From: Octopus vulgaris
Taxonomy: Eukaryota
Reading direction: 5' to 3'
DNA: 64,000 nt
Assembly (NCBI GenBank): GCA_951406725.2
Contig: OX597817.1
Coordinates: 126,914,001-126,978,000, forward strand
Shown here: piece by piece, positions 42,605 to 57,354 of the stretch
Layout: every line of letters starts with the position of its first letter
How positions within the stretch are numbered: position 1 is the stretch's first letter
Notes under the pieces: model-generated
What the model was told of the DNA's origin: nothing
Seen by the model: the letters and a program-made list of their open reading frames with translations, nothing else
The model's database searches: none
Position numbers and translations under genes: made by a program

Positions 42605-43416
42605 TATTGGGTGATCCTATAATAATGCGTTTTTTTTCACTTGCATGAACTAAAAACAGGTAGTAATTTTACCTTGTACTTCTTCCTAGTGCAAGTCTTG
42701 AAGAGTGCAGTTCGATTTTAACAGTTATTTTTTCAATGCTTTAATAATGAAAGTGACAAAAGGAACATATTCGGCATATTTTGCTTTATGAGTTCAATAA
42801 AGGCAAGGTTCGGACAATAAATGTAAACCAGTGTGAAAGGTGATTCCAGAATTTAAGAGCCGGAAACTACAGCCTAGTAGCTAAGCCTCGTTCTGGATGA
42901 TCTGTAGAGCTAAACGCGGACATTCCGCAAACCCTGGAGGAGCAAAATCCCATTGTAACTGTTGAGGAACTAGCATAGAAGCTTGAAATTGGTCATTCAA
43001 CCATTCATCAACACCTGCACTAAAGGAAGATCAATCATCTTTGGTTTCAAGACGAAAGTTATTCTTCCATCAGAATAATGCTTGGCCACATACAGCGAGG
43101 ATGACATTCCAAAGGCTGGATCAGTTATGAATGGGTAACAATGCCCAACCCATCATATTCGCTCGACATTGCCCCATCTGATTAGCATTTATACCACAAT
43201 TTTCAAAGTCATTTGGACAGAAAAAATATGAATTGTGTAGACGTGGTCAAAACAGTACTAGTGGAGTATTTTTTGTCACAGCGAGTAAACTTTGGGAGAG
43301 GGGCCTTGCATGCCTACCAGATAGATGGTAGATCATTATAGAAAATGAAGGAGAGTACATTTTAGATTAGAAAAGAAATTTGCTTATCTTAATTTTGAAA
43401 GAAGTATAAAAAAAGC
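42605..43416 (+). mobile_element. Defective, internally deleted mariner (DD34D)
   Basis: TA followed by ttgggtgatcctataataatgcg. Remnants EHIRHILLYEFNKG, PRSG, FHQNNAWPH, PSYSLDIAPSD and LPDRW*IIIENEGEYILD*. The 3' TIR is mostly lost. Confidence 0.85.
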
Positions 43417-45141
43417 TCGATGGAAGAGCGTTGAAGGTGAGTGATGGTGTTGGTATTGCTCATCATCATGAAGATCGTAATTACAATCCTCAATATAGTA
43501 CATATTTAAATACCAGATGTTTTGTAGCTATGCAATAGGTCATCTACACTATTTGAAACCTAATGATGAAGTTTTTCTCTTGGGTCCGAGGATGATTTAT
43601 CAGGTAACCCAGGAAATGTAGTGGCATCGCCAGCATTACTGACTAGTGGAGCTACAAAAATGGACTATATTGCAAACAAACATGTTATAGTCTTTACCAA
43701 TTTATATTTGTGAATGAGCTGAAATTATTGCAAAATATTTATGCATTTTACTTTTTGTCACAATATGTAAAGTAGTGTTAGATACTATCATTTATGAAAT
43801 ATCGTCATTGTATTACAAATAATAGAAGCAAGCGAAGGAAACTGAGAATGATACGAATAGGCCAACTCGGTCTGGTAATTCAATAATCTTCTTATGTTCA
43901 CATTGGTTGCATGAATGTGCATTCAATGTTAAATGTTCAATAAGATTTTATGCAGAAAATGTAGGCGCATTAAACAATTTAGAATTAACATGACACTAAA
44001 ATACAATGGTTGCCTATCATCTAGCGTTTTGCATTAGTACTTTGGGCATATCAAGCCAATTTGTGTGAAAAGATTTTAACAGCAGAAAGAGGTTGTAGAC
44101 GCACAGTCTGCCATGTAAGGGATAATATACGGTAATATATCATCAATAAGTTAATGTCATGTTTTTAGCGATGGAACGCCGATGAATGAGTAAACATCAA
44201 AGACAAAATTTTAAATAACAGTATATACAATAGTACAATATTATATAATCCAAATCTTGAAATGGGTCATTCAATATGGAGCGGAGAAAATAAAAATGAA
44301 CTATTTAATTAATTTAAATTAAGTTTAGCGAACATTTGCCATTTCAGATTAAATAATTTCTCTCTCGTTCATAGAAAAAGCAGTTAAGTTCACAGATTTC
44401 CTGAATTTATAACATTAGTATTAAATTTAATATACTTGATTTTATTGCAGTTGTCAACAGTGTTAATTTTCTTGGTATGATTCTAATGATAATAGAGATG
44501 ACAGAATTAATTAACAAGAACGCTATACTATTAAGTACTTGTTGAATAAAATGCCCTATCGTTATAATATTGAGAATACATATCAGATTCGCACATATCT
44601 TATGAGGAGAGGAATTTCCACTTTAGTTGTAAAATTATAAGTCACGCTAGACAGTGTTTCACGACTTTTACGTTACAAGTTCAAATAGCAAGAAGATAAT
44701 TTTTCGTTATTCTTAACATCTGAGTTAAGATTCAGTGAAATATCATTGCATGGATATTGCATAATGTATCATGACATTTTCCCCGGCTTTTAATGGTTGA
44801 ATGATTATAAGACATAGTGAATATTTGCATATCTACAGGTCGGAGTGTAACTTGATTAATATAAAGCAAAAGTAAAAGGAAATTCTCGTTGTGTTTTCTC
44901 ACGAAAATAAGAACCACAAATATCATTTTTAAAGAGTCAAACAAACACATAAAGTGAAATATTGGGTACAGAATGCATGTCATTGACATTGACTCTGTGT
45001 ATTTAATCGTTGCGTTACTTGGTACAACATAAAGCTAACTAAATGAACATGAAATTTCCACAATAAACAGAGACAAACAATGTAGTAAAATACTCCATAT
45101 AAAGATAGACATACATGTGTGTTAGTTTTGTGTTTGTTGTA

Positions 45142-45190
<49 letters not shown>

Positions 45191-45276
45191 GTATATATGC
45201 ATATATGTATATGTATATATGTACATATATATACATATATATATATATATATGTACGTATATATACATATATATGT

Positions 45277-45309
<33 letters not shown>

Positions 45310-45777
45310 CATAAATATATATGCATATATACGTTATTTCTGTATTAGTTTTATGAGCTCACTCATAAGACCATTACATGTAAACCGCAAGCTCATCGGT
45401 TAGAATAAAGGCAGGATCAACGCTAGTAAACTCGGTGCACCCGACAAACCGTAACATTTACGCTGCAAGCTGATTGCTCAAAACCGTATTCAAAAAATTT
45501 AGCTTATCACAGCCGCCTAAAAGGTCGGTCATTTTACTATAGTTGTCTAAGAATTCAAATTAACTGTCAGTCAAAACATTTTCAAATCGGATGATTACTA
45601 CGAACGTATGAAAGCGGTAATTGAACTTTATGAATACTACTAAATATTTTCTAATGTTTAACTTCAAAAGTGCCTAAAATGTTTTTAAATGCAATGATAA
45701 AAAATGTGAAAACCAGACCATGTTGTAAATTTATTCAACTGATATATTATTCTATACACATTTAACACAAATTCGGA

Positions 45778-45843
<66 letters not shown>

Positions 45844-45864
45844 ATTTGCATATATGGATCTATA

Positions 45865-45917
<53 letters not shown>

Positions 45918-47814
45918 TATATAGTGAGAATTTACAAAAAAGCAAAAGACGTAGACGGGTGTGTAAACAACAAACATATGTATTATTTTAACTTTCGTAT
46001 AGTGAGAAAGTTTTTTTACGTTCCCAGCCTATGCCCTTCGATAGATCAAAATAGTGTCCATGTTATGACTTGTATAAACAATTCAATGCATGCTTATATT
46101 GGGATTAACATTTCGAAACAAAAATTACATGAATAGTTATAGTTCATATATATTTATTAGGTTAACATATATGAAATCTAGGCATCTTTTATTATCCACA
46201 ATAAAGATGTTTGTGTGAATTTTGCAGAGCGGCACCTATTAGTTTTTAAAAGCGAAAGAAATGTATGCAATATCACAAGCTATTCTTTCTGAATAGATTT
46301 AGGTGACGTTCAGCAACGACATCTTATTCGATGTAGGCTTCACGCTGGTTCACTAACCTGTGTTGTACACTCTTTGCATCCTCATATATCCGCAATTAAA
46401 TCCCCGTGAAGGCAAGAAAATCGCCTTAAGTTATTATACCACCAAGACACGGACAAGACACTATTTTACGATTGATAGCTTCTTGTATTATTGTTATTTT
46501 CATTTTCTTGTTTCTGCAGAAGCACATCGATAATGTTAAAAGCAATGATGCAATTATTTTGAGAATATCCGACTTTAAGTTTGTTCACTGTTCGAGACAC
46601 TAGAAAGAAAAAAAACAAAATCTTGTTTTAGCAATTGAAACAGGTTATTCATTTATTTTACTTATATCAAATAGTGTGCATCGAATCAAATTACTATATT
46701 TTCAAGTTTACTCTTCTGATTTCGAAATTACTTAACGAACAATTTTCTTTTCTAAATGCCTTAAAAGTGATGTTTATTGAACAATAGAATAAATTCATAG
46801 AAACTCTCAGCTGTGCTAAATGGCAGTTAAAATGGAAAACAACATTAATCCAACAAAATAAAATCCACAGAGAATTATAATCTTCCGGTCTTTGATTTGT
46901 TTACAAATAACATATCTACATTAAGTTCAATAATATATTACGAAAAGGAGGTTGTGTGTTCGGACGTGAAATGACGGTGTAGGGAGCCGCTAGAAGCCTT
47001 GAAAGAAGAGTAATGAGAAAACATATATTTACATCTCGGATTCATTATAGAAGCCTATTTACAGTACATCACATTCCTGGATACATGTTACTCTCCAGAT
47101 CGTTGCCAGTTCCAATGCCAACGAGTTATAATAATCATGCATTTCCAAATGGAAAACATTTATGCAATAAGAATATAATTATAAAGGGAAGTAAAACTCG
47201 TATCATAGAGAATAGAGAAATGTAAGACAACATCATATCACTAAAAAAAGAGAGAAATAAGTTTATAGCAATAAATACACCAGTTGTCGACTTATGAACA
47301 ATAAATCCAACACTATAATCTGAAATAAATTATTAAGCTGAAAAGATCAGTAGTTAATTGACAGGTTTCTAAAAGCATTCAAAGAAACCAAGAATACATA
47401 AATTACGTATTTTGCAACACCGAGAGAACTGAAAACAAATGAGTACTATCAGAAATTAACAGCATTGAACGTAGAAAACTATTTATTAGGTGGCAATTTT
47501 AAATTCATTAACATAATAAAGTAATATAAAGAAACGAACATTTTCCTCTGTATATAATACGGAAAAATAAATCAGAAACTAAAAACTGAAACAACCTGAA
47601 GGAAATGTTTTAGAAAACGCACCTAATCAGAAAAGAATAAAGATTTAAAACAATGTTTAATGTAAAATAGAATTCCGAAGTATTTGACAACAAATGGATT
47701 ATAAATTAGTTCAACGTCGAATATAATACTTGAAAGATGAACCTCGTGATAGATAATATCAAAACTAGTTTATCCTTTCTTGTTAGCAATTATTAATATT
47801 ATTATTATTATTAC

Positions 47815-47877
<63 letters not shown>

Positions 47878-47879
47878 CA

Positions 47880-49923
47880 TTTTTTTTTGAAAATCTGTAA
47901 CAATGTCAGTTTTAAAGTAATGCAAGTTGGTGGATTTTACCTGGCATTTCAGATTTAGGGCCCCTTAATTGTAGAAAAGTTATCAGCTGACTCTCCTGTT
48001 CTCTAATGTGAGTGTATGACATACTGTTATGCGCTGCTGTAGTGACCAATCAGTTATGTGCAACTTCGATCTGTTATTAATATACGCTGTGTATTTCTTG
48101 ATTAAAAGAGTTTCTTTTATTTTAAGAACCTAATATTTCTTTAGCTTCAATGGTATCCTGGTTGTTCCAGTGGGTGTGGAATTTCTGTACATGTGTTTTG
48201 GCGAAAGAATCATTAATGTACAGGTGTTCTTTTATCCCTATTCCTATTCGTCAGATTGTACCTGAGTACTTGATATATAGAATTTGTTGCATTTGTCACT
48301 CGTGATCTGATACCACTCGTTGCTTCACAGACGTAAATTTTCCCTTCCAATCGGTCAGTTAGGCATTGCAAATGAGATGTTTTCTCTTGACTCCGTTTTA
48401 CCTAAGATTTTCCTGGCCTTTAGCGAGACAATTGATGAAGTATACAATATGTTCTACTATATCGATGAACATTTTAAATTTGAAGTGAAGAGGCTCTGCT
48501 TCATTTCGAGCTCAAAATCACGGGGAATGGAGCTACGTACCATAACTTCTAAAGAAAAGCGGCATGCAGGGACCTAGTGTTTTGTTATAATTCATCCCTG
48601 CTAATCAGAGATTCTATATTATAAACTGGATTCACAGGATACGCAGTTGAGGCAGCGACGCTGGAAGCAAAGACCCCGATATTATACAAATCAGAGAAAT
48701 CGTAATGGAGAATGGCTGTCTATACTCTTTCATAAACGCCAGGACATCTCGAGACGACATAACAAAGCCCGCACTTACTCGGAAATCGTTTGGTCTTGAA
48801 ACTGCCACAACATTATGAGAATATAAACTATGCTGCTATCTGCAGGGATGGACTGAATATATAAGTGACCCACTCATGAAATTTCCTACGGGGAATCCTA
48901 ACAAGAGCACACCCAGACAAAACAACACCATGTGTACACTGCCAAACTTCTTATCTTATGGAACATATATACAGGCTGCGTAAGGTATTTGAGGACAGAT
49001 TAATGCTTATGAAATAAAACGCATTTATAATAACAGATAATAACTTCATTTATCAAAAGAGGATAAAAAATAAACCTTTTCTTTAATGTTATTCAATAAT
49101 GCTACCTTCGACTTCAACAAACGATTGTATACGAGATCTAAATCATGTACATGCTTGAATCAAGTAGTCCTGGTTCTATTATCAACATTACTCTGACTAT
49201 GGCAGCTTTCAAAGAATCTTTGGTGTTATGGGCTTGTTCGTTGATCTCTCTCTCAACAACACTGCACAGCTAATAGCCCAGTAGATTGAGATATGGCGAA
49301 TTAAAAAGCCAAAGTTTTGTGATCAGGAAAATCCCATTTCCATGTTACTAGAGCCATTTTTGATAGTGCAAAGATTTACTAAAACGCATATGGCCTTTCA
49401 TTACATACACTGTCTATTCAGGACTTTAAATATATTTCCAGGCCCTCAATGTAGGCGGCAGATTTAACTGCAAGGCCTTATGGAAAGACGTATGGCGGCA
49501 TCACATGTCATTCATTGCTGTCAACCCCTAATATCATGACTGTTGCAGGAAATTTTGCATGTATAACACTTTGAACTTTAGAAAAGTGTGCACATAATAA
49601 TCTGTCATTTCTTCTGTTATCTTTTTGATCTTGGTTGAAGAGTTTCTCGTTTGAGGAAAAACAAATCAAATCTTCTGCTGCATTTTTAAGTTTGTTTCAT
49701 AGCCTTTTATATCTGATGTAGTGATTCGTTTTAAAATTTTCTGACAAATCACAATAATCACAATAACAGCATGTCTCTTGCTTTCTTGAGTAAGCTGAGG
49801 GTCTGGCAGTATCAGTTTCTGAAGCAAAGATCATACAGTGTTAGCAAAGAATGCAGCAATAACCCCAAACTGGTATGTCCTCAAACACCTTACGCACCAC
49901 GTATATATATACATACACACACG

Positions 49924-50010
<87 letters not shown>

Positions 50011-50040
50011 TGTCCTGCGTAGTGTATGAAATAACATGTA
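47880..50040. mobile_element. Possible highly decayed L1/Tx1-like LINE relic, interrupted by the maT element
   Basis: Plus strand CVHCQTSYLMEH (~48932-48967) continues after the insertion as MLSC (~50007-50018), which would give CX2CX7HX4C. There is a weak IKYSGT RT-like remnant on minus near 48270. Boundaries are uncertain. Confidence 0.35.
48970..49903 (-). mobile_element. Tc1/mariner-superfamily DNA transposon, maT/DD37D-like, internally deleted
   Basis: 28-bp TIRs including TA, 4 mismatches: tacaggctgcgtaaggtatttgaggaca / tgtcctcaaacaccttacgcaccacgta. Remnants KFPATVMILGV..HVMPPYVFP*GL, NSPYLNLLGY, HNTKDSLKAAI and FRSRIQSFVEVEGSIIE*. Confidence 0.88.
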
Positions 50041-50365
50041 GCAAATGAAACGAAATTTATACCGGAACTGCCTTTACATAAATACAAAATCTTATTTACA
50101 AACAGTAGCATACTAATGCTTCTTTCATCATAAAACATTATCTGAAATGACATCAAGCTTTTACGTCGAAAATACAGAAGATAATATTGATAACATGTGA
50201 ACAAAGGAAGTTGTTTCTTTTCATTAAGATACATACAGCACGTATTTAAAATAGATTAGACCTGCACACGACTGATCATTTACTATAGCAAGGCATACCA
50301 TCCCTTTTCACATTTATATACTAGAGAATAGAGAAGTCAGCTGCTTACCACTTCTCTATAACAAG

Positions 50366-50401
50366 TTCCTGATGAAGGATTCGTAAACCTGAAATATTGA
50401 A
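50366..50401 (+). ncRNA. Minimal type I hammerhead-like motif with intact core
   Basis: TTC-CTGATGA-AGG attcgtaaa CCT-GAAA-TATT-GAA. Perfect CUGAUGA and GAAA boxes, 3-bp stems I and II, and palindromic AATATT at stem III. Confidence 0.5.
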
Positions 50402-51530
50402 ATACCAGACAAAACCACCAACCTGTATTACTTCTATAACTTGGATTGTTTTGGCTTTAAAAAGAAATATAATTTGGAAAATACACTTATCGATATATCA
50501 GACAATGCTTCATAAAAAATACTTTACATTAAAAATTCTATTCTATAATTGGAAAAAAATTCTACCATTTTCTGGAATGCATCAATGTGTTACCACAAAT
50601 ACTTATGAAATTTGACATCATCGAATCTTGTCATTTGGCCACATTATTACTTTTCAAATACAAATATATTTAGATATAAGAATTACGTTTATATAGCTCA
50701 AAATCACAATATAAATAGTTCAATGACTAGACCGCAAACATATACATTTGCTTGTACAGGGTCGCAGTAACTTGGAGGAAAACCTTCAGCACCAATTATC
50801 AATATTTTAGAAATATAATTGCACTGAGCTAAACATTTCCATTACTCTGGATGAAAAGATAGCTTGGAATAACGGAGCAAAATTGTCATTCATCAAGGAG
50901 ATATAAAGTGTAATAGGTATGACAGAGCGCATAAAAGAGAAGAGCAAAAATCATAACTAGATTGTAAACTGTTATAATATCACAGTTGTTATAAATCCGC
51001 TCAAAGCCTATAATACATGTGAGGCTGATTTCACATCCTACGCAAGCCACTTTCAAGTCAATAGTAGAAATGTAGGCGTTCATCCCTATACGCAATACAC
51101 ATAATAGTATATTAGCACGTAATAAAGCAACATACATTGCAGAGTATACAACACACGGAATCTCGCTGAAAAATCTATAATAAATCCACATAATCTATGA
51201 TATGCGCTATCACAAACTAATAACATAAAACATGGCCTACGCTGCAATAATTCATTCCCTTTACTTTAGCAAAATCTACAAAATATCTAGATGTGAAGAT
51301 TAAGCAATTACTCACAGAATCTCTGTTAAGCATAGCCAAGTAATAAAGCAACTACAAGCATGTACGATCTGGAATTTCACATAACAGATGTCAAGCCAGC
51401 ATTATGCAATTTATAAAGAAACGCGTTGTTATATATAGATATATATACATATATGCACACACACACGCACGCACACACACACACATACACACACACACAC
51501 ACATACACACATATATATATATATACTTTA

Positions 51531-51687
51531 TATTTAAAGCACCAGAAAATTCTACAAAACCTTTCCATAAGGCCTTGCAGTTAAATTGTATAATTTTCTG
51601 CTGCTTTAAATAAAGCATATTACTCTACCACTGGTATTTGAGTACTCTTTTTTTCCACCTTGTTTCACATTTATGTGTTTACTCCGG

Positions 51688-51690
<3 letters not shown>
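51531..51690. repeat. Inverted repeat (51531-51557 / 51586-51612), probably PLE-terminus derived, between (TA)n tracts
   Basis: tatttaaagcaccagaaaattctacaa versus ttgtataattttctgctgctttaaata (2 mismatches). Confidence 0.75.
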
Positions 51691-51740
<50 letters not shown>

Positions 51741-51919
51741 TGCAGAAAGAAACTGAGTGAATGACAACTAAACAACTATATAAATGGATTTGGCAATCTA
51801 TGTCATCATGAAGATTGAGTTTGTATTGAGAGATATTGCTTTCCCCGGGTCTCTCAGACAAGAATGGACTACTACTTGAGATATCGATCCGGAATTTCAG
51901 AGATTGTCCCTCAAACAAG

Positions 51920-51971
<52 letters not shown>

Positions 51972-53349
51972 GGACAGATTGCTTGAAACAGAATATCATG
52001 AACAAGAGTAAAAACAATCTCTATGAATATAGGCAATTTGTTATTGAATCCATAATACACAACTCCAAAACGTTCAAATAATCAGAGAGCCTTCAATTTA
52101 CACGCGTGTGTATGTTTTAGAAATAGTACCCTAAATAAAATACAAAATGTAATGCTAAGACTAAACACTCCAAATATAGAAGGTCTAAAATACTGCAGCG
52201 GGTAGTGCATTGAGAGAACAAACAAAAATAATTGAAGCCAAGTACAAAAATGATAAACTGTAAGCAATGTCCGATTATCATAATGATAAAAGATTTAATG
52301 GTATATATCATCTTGCCTTGTTCTTAATAGTGCAAATGGTTTATTGTAGATAATATGAATATTTACATATTTATTCTTAACATGTCTCGGCAGGTTCAGA
52401 TGCAAAATAGATAAGAGAAAAATTACTTTTCACTTGAGAGTGTTCAAATGAGAAACTGTCGCTGATTTTCCCATCTTTGCAACTACATATTTTGCAGATT
52501 TTTTAGATAATATATAACCATCACATTTTGCCGTCAATTATTCCATTGACGTGGAACGGAGAAAATAGAATTATAATAAAACCTTGTATTATGTAAAATC
52601 ACTATTTCGGCTACTCAGATGTAAAAGTTGGATATCAAGTAAACTGTAAAACTATTTTTTATATACATGGTGTCATTTGTTATATTTATCTTTATTCAGT
52701 TTTTATCTATATAAATTTTAGTTTCACGTAAAGAAGTACATATTTGCAGTTGTGTATTTAAACAATTTATGTGACTGATATTTATATATGGCAGCGAGTT
52801 AATGATAAGGTTACATAATAGTTTGCAGTTTTCTTTAAATTCTTTTAAAAATCTGAATACTGTAGAAATTACCGGAATCAATAAAGGTAAATGGAGTTTG
52901 TTTTAATTATATACCATTATATGATTTCCCTGTCAGAGAAACTAAGTTAAACTGCAATAAATCCCTCGGGAATTAAATGCTATTCGTAAATTGGTATCAC
53001 TTGAATGAAGATAACATATTTCAAGTCATATAAAAATTACCAACTGTGAATGTTACAATTACATCATAGTTTCATAAAAAAGATTGTGAACGGGAGATAT
53101 ATAGCAAACTAAATTATACTACCTATATAAATATTTCCGCTTGTGTGGTGGATAACATGTATTTACACACAGCTTGAAATAGAAATAATATACTTTCGAC
53201 GATTTTATGATATTGTTAGGTAATAGTGATGACTGAATCTGTAAAGATTTACTTTCAGGAGAGTGTGCAAGCGAAGAATTATACAAATGAAAACCATCCC
53301 GCAGGTGTCACTACTTTCGATATGTATGTATATATGTATAAGTATGTAT

Positions 53350-53710
53350 ATACGCGCAAACATCACTGTTTGGTAAGAATTTTGCTTTTGAACGGCATTG
53401 ATCCAGATTCAGTCCCACTAAGAGACAACTTCAGCGAGTGAATTCTACTACTACAACCTCAACCGAAACAAAGCCTTGTGAATGAATTTGGTAGAAGGAA
53501 ACCGAAGAAGCACGTCGCATAATGTGTGGGTATGCATGTGTGTGTGTGCATGTGTGCGTGTATGTGTTTGCCCTCAGCCACTGTTTGGCAAAAGAAACTG
53601 ACAGAATAATTAATAGGCTTTAGTAAAATAATTACTGGGGGTCAATTCATTTGACAAGAATTCTTCAACGCAATGACCTAGCTTCATGAAGATGAATGAG
53701 TGAATAAAGT
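53350..53710 (+). mobile_element. Family-1 SINE, degraded
   Basis: gattcagtcccact...caaagccttgtgaatgaatttggtagaaggaaac is collinear with 26847-27228. Confidence 0.7.
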
Positions 53711-54954
53711 AATTTCTAATATAAATATAGTTCAAATATTATTGAGTGAAATTTTCACATGATTACATTATATAGCAATATCAGACCTTAATAATATATA
53801 ATGTTTCAGACTGTTTTTGGATTTGCAACAGATATTGGAAAAGTTTATTACTACTTTGTTTCTACCTAGAGACCTCTACTAAATAGTTTCAGATAAACTT
53901 TCCATTACATAACTTCACTGACTCCGAATATTTATTGATCTTATTAATTGATGTACAGCTATACGAAACACACATATGCAATTCAATATGCGCATGAAAC
54001 TGGAGTGCTCACTTCACCAGAAAGAATGGTGAGGCATTAGTGAGGTATCAGGAGCAATAAACGGGGAAATATAATTAGTGTATCAGCCAATCATAATCTC
54101 GTTATGAACGATCGCACCATTATTCAGCTAATGAACATTGTCCTGAAGCTCCATCAGTTGACCGTGAAAATAATCTATGTTAAAATGAACTGACGTCTAT
54201 TACGAACTTTATCTAATTGTATAATTTCCATCTGTCTTAATTGGATCCATAAGCGCGCTTATTCACTTCTCAAGTGTGATATATGTATTCATCAACGTGT
54301 ATCACTGCTGATGGTATACTTTGCTGATTTTAGACAGCAAAGATATAAAAAGGAAATATAATTAAAATGCATTTGGAAATATATTTATATTATAAACAGT
54401 TATTCATTTCATATAAAGAGTGGCAGTATAGTTGAGTAATGAAAACAACACATTACTATGTTGAATTGCTTTGAATTTGCTACTCTGTGTAATTGCGTGT
54501 CAATCATATGACAATTTTCGTTCAATTATCTGATACATAACTAGACAATATATCCTACCTAAACACTATGTCATTACATGTTGTGAATGTATATTGTATT
54601 TGGGCTGATACTGATTGTAATCTGTTTTATAGGCTGTCTAATTTATGCCCAAGACGCAATTTTCAATAGAATGATTAGACGATACTATTTGAAAACCTCT
54701 CATTGATATTATGTTACATAAGCCCGAAAGGACGAAAGATAAAGTAGATGAAGTGATTTAAACGTGAGGATGTGGAGAGAAATATACACGATTATTTTGT
54801 CTCACGCTCTAATAATGCTACACATTGTTTATTATTTTATTGCCTTTAATGTGTTAATGATATGCTTAATTTTAATTAGATGAACAAAAATGCACTTAAT
54901 GTCACATAAAAAAAATACCATTGTCAGCATAAACTTTCCTAATTTAATACATCT

Positions 54955-55183
54955 GTCTACACCACTGTCCACACTGCCCTTGCCAGAGCGCGTTCCGTGG
55001 ACCGCGCTTCTGCTCTTTCTCCCCACACCCACCCCGTCATTCCCCGTCTTCCGTTTCCTTTCACCTACCAAACCTCCAGCCGACCCCCTCCAATTCTACG
55101 AGCCTTCTGCCGAATCTAGTCCAACCCTTCCACCTCGCACTTCTTCCCAACCTACCCCTTTCCTCCTTCAAGTTGTTTGCACA
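54955..55183 (+). mobile_element. Penelope-like RT-to-endonuclease linker fragment, same family as 760-1135
   Basis: TTVHTALARARSVDRASALSP...RLPFPFTY...ILRAF. DNA ccactgtccacactgcccttgccagagc matches the reverse complement of ~810-838. Confidence 0.72.
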
Positions 55184-55224
55184 GTTGGTGATGACCTGTA
55201 TCCATATAAGCACATATATATATA

Positions 55225-55246
55225 TTATTGATCATCATCATCATCA

Positions 55247-55294
<48 letters not shown>

Positions 55295-55375
55295 TTCTTA
55301 TTATTGTTGTTGTTATTGTTATTATTATTATTATTGTTGTTGTTGTTGTTGTTGTTATTATTATTATTATTATTA

Positions 55376-55409
<34 letters not shown>

Positions 55410-55410
55410 A
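55225..55410. repeat. Compound (CAT)n/(TAT)n/(TGT)n trinucleotide tract; another (TTA)n at 47797-47878
   Basis: Directly visible. Confidence 0.95.
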
Positions 55411-55945
55411 AAGAAATTACCAGCTGCGTTTTTGTTATTATTAATGATATGTTACTTATACATTTGTTTCAGTGTCTGATTTGTACAGTGTCTTATTTGT
55501 AGTATATAGAAGACACTTACGTGAGCTCTCACTTCCGTTTACATTAACTCTATCGTGTTCTTCGAGGAGGCTATGTCCCCAAAATCGAAGATTATTTAAT
55601 TTCCTTTTCGTCGCCTTTCGTTCAATAAAAAAAGTGTGCTGTTCAAATAAACACCTATAATGTTGCACATAGCTTTGAGACAAAAGTCCAAGACGGATAT
55701 TTCATCCTTTCATTTAGGAAAGATGATCAAATCTAAGATATTAATATTCTCCGATTATTTATTGCCTATAAGAATATAAATTATTTTTAAATCAATTATT
55801 CACAAAATCCGAAACGTTATCAGATCTTGAAAATTTATTCTGGCTTACTCTGGATTGCAGTGATAACTGCATTATGACTTACAAAATTATGCAAGGATAT
55901 TGGATATTGTTAATTAATATATCATGGCGTAATTAAGTTACCCAG

Positions 55946-55979
<34 letters not shown>

Positions 55980-56099
55980 TTAATTATCTTTTTTAATAAT
56001 TTTGATATATATTTAAATAATATAAATTAATTAATCTTATGTATTGGCTTAAGTTTTTCATTGTATGATTTGCCTAATAGTGGTTTTATCTCTAATTTA

Positions 56100-56149
<50 letters not shown>

Positions 56150-57354
56150 TCTATGCATATATGGGTACAGGACGTTGTCAATAGTAAGCAACATGAATAA
56201 GAAAGCAAAGGAGTTCAATATTCAAAGAATGAGAGAGGCAAATTGAAAACAGGGCAAATAACATAAAGAACAACACTTCATGAGCTGTCTGCTGTCTATC
56301 TACTCCTCATTTCGAGCATGGAATATAATATTCATATATATTACACGTATGTGTCTGAGAGTATATATATAATTTCCTTGAGATCTCGATCTTCTGTGTC
56401 TAAAGTGATACTATAGTCTACACAGCCACAAGCACCTATAAACCGAACATTAAATGTAATTATATTTTAGTTGCATACCATTCTGTCTCGTTATATGTTC
56501 CAAAAATTTTGTAATAGAAGGAATCTAAAAAGAAAGCAAATGTCGAAATCATGCATATGCCATGCACAAACACACTCGCATATATATGCATTTCCATATA
56601 TATAGAAACTTATGCATCATTATCAATGTAATTATCTATAAATATACCTACGTGCATATACACATATAGATGCATTTGTATATCTGCGTATAATAACACT
56701 AACACACAAACGCACAAACACTAAGTTACACTGAACGGCGCGTGCGTACACAAACACGCATACAAATTTATTTTTTAGATCAAACCTTGTTGACATGATG
56801 CCTTGTGATTTCTCTAAACGACTGTAAAAGTTGATTACAACCTCATTAAACGAAACTACAAAAACTTGACAAACATCCGTCTACATGTGCTGGTATAAGA
56901 ATAAGCAGTTTGAAACTCTAACCTTTTGTTTATATTTTCCAACTACATGTCAAACCAAGGTTCATATTGTTGCTTTCTACCTATTCCTTTAATGCATTTT
57001 GTTAATATTTTAGAAAAAAACAGCGTGGTCATAACTTTCCCACATTCTATTCTAATGTCTCAATGCAAAAGCTATGCTGAGCACGGGGGAGGGATCTGTG
57101 AATGTCTCTAAAAATGTGTATCTCTATAAACACATATATCTCTATAAACATATATATATTCTATACATGTTTGTTTCCATATGTAGATTATTTGTGTATA
57201 TGTACATAGCCTTCTATAGGCATGTGCGTATGTGTAGCTGGCTTAGGTGCTTGCGTATGCGCCTGGGTTTATGTTATTATGCGTGTGCTGAAAAGAGTAT
57301 TTCTTTGTGAAATGTTCATACATACTAAATTGTGAGTTACTTGATTATAATCGA

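Noticed and set aside
51790-51920. (TA)n-bounded GC-richer block as a further hammerhead-bearing terminus
   Set aside because: Neither CUGANGA nor GAAA can be placed with supporting stems in this copy.
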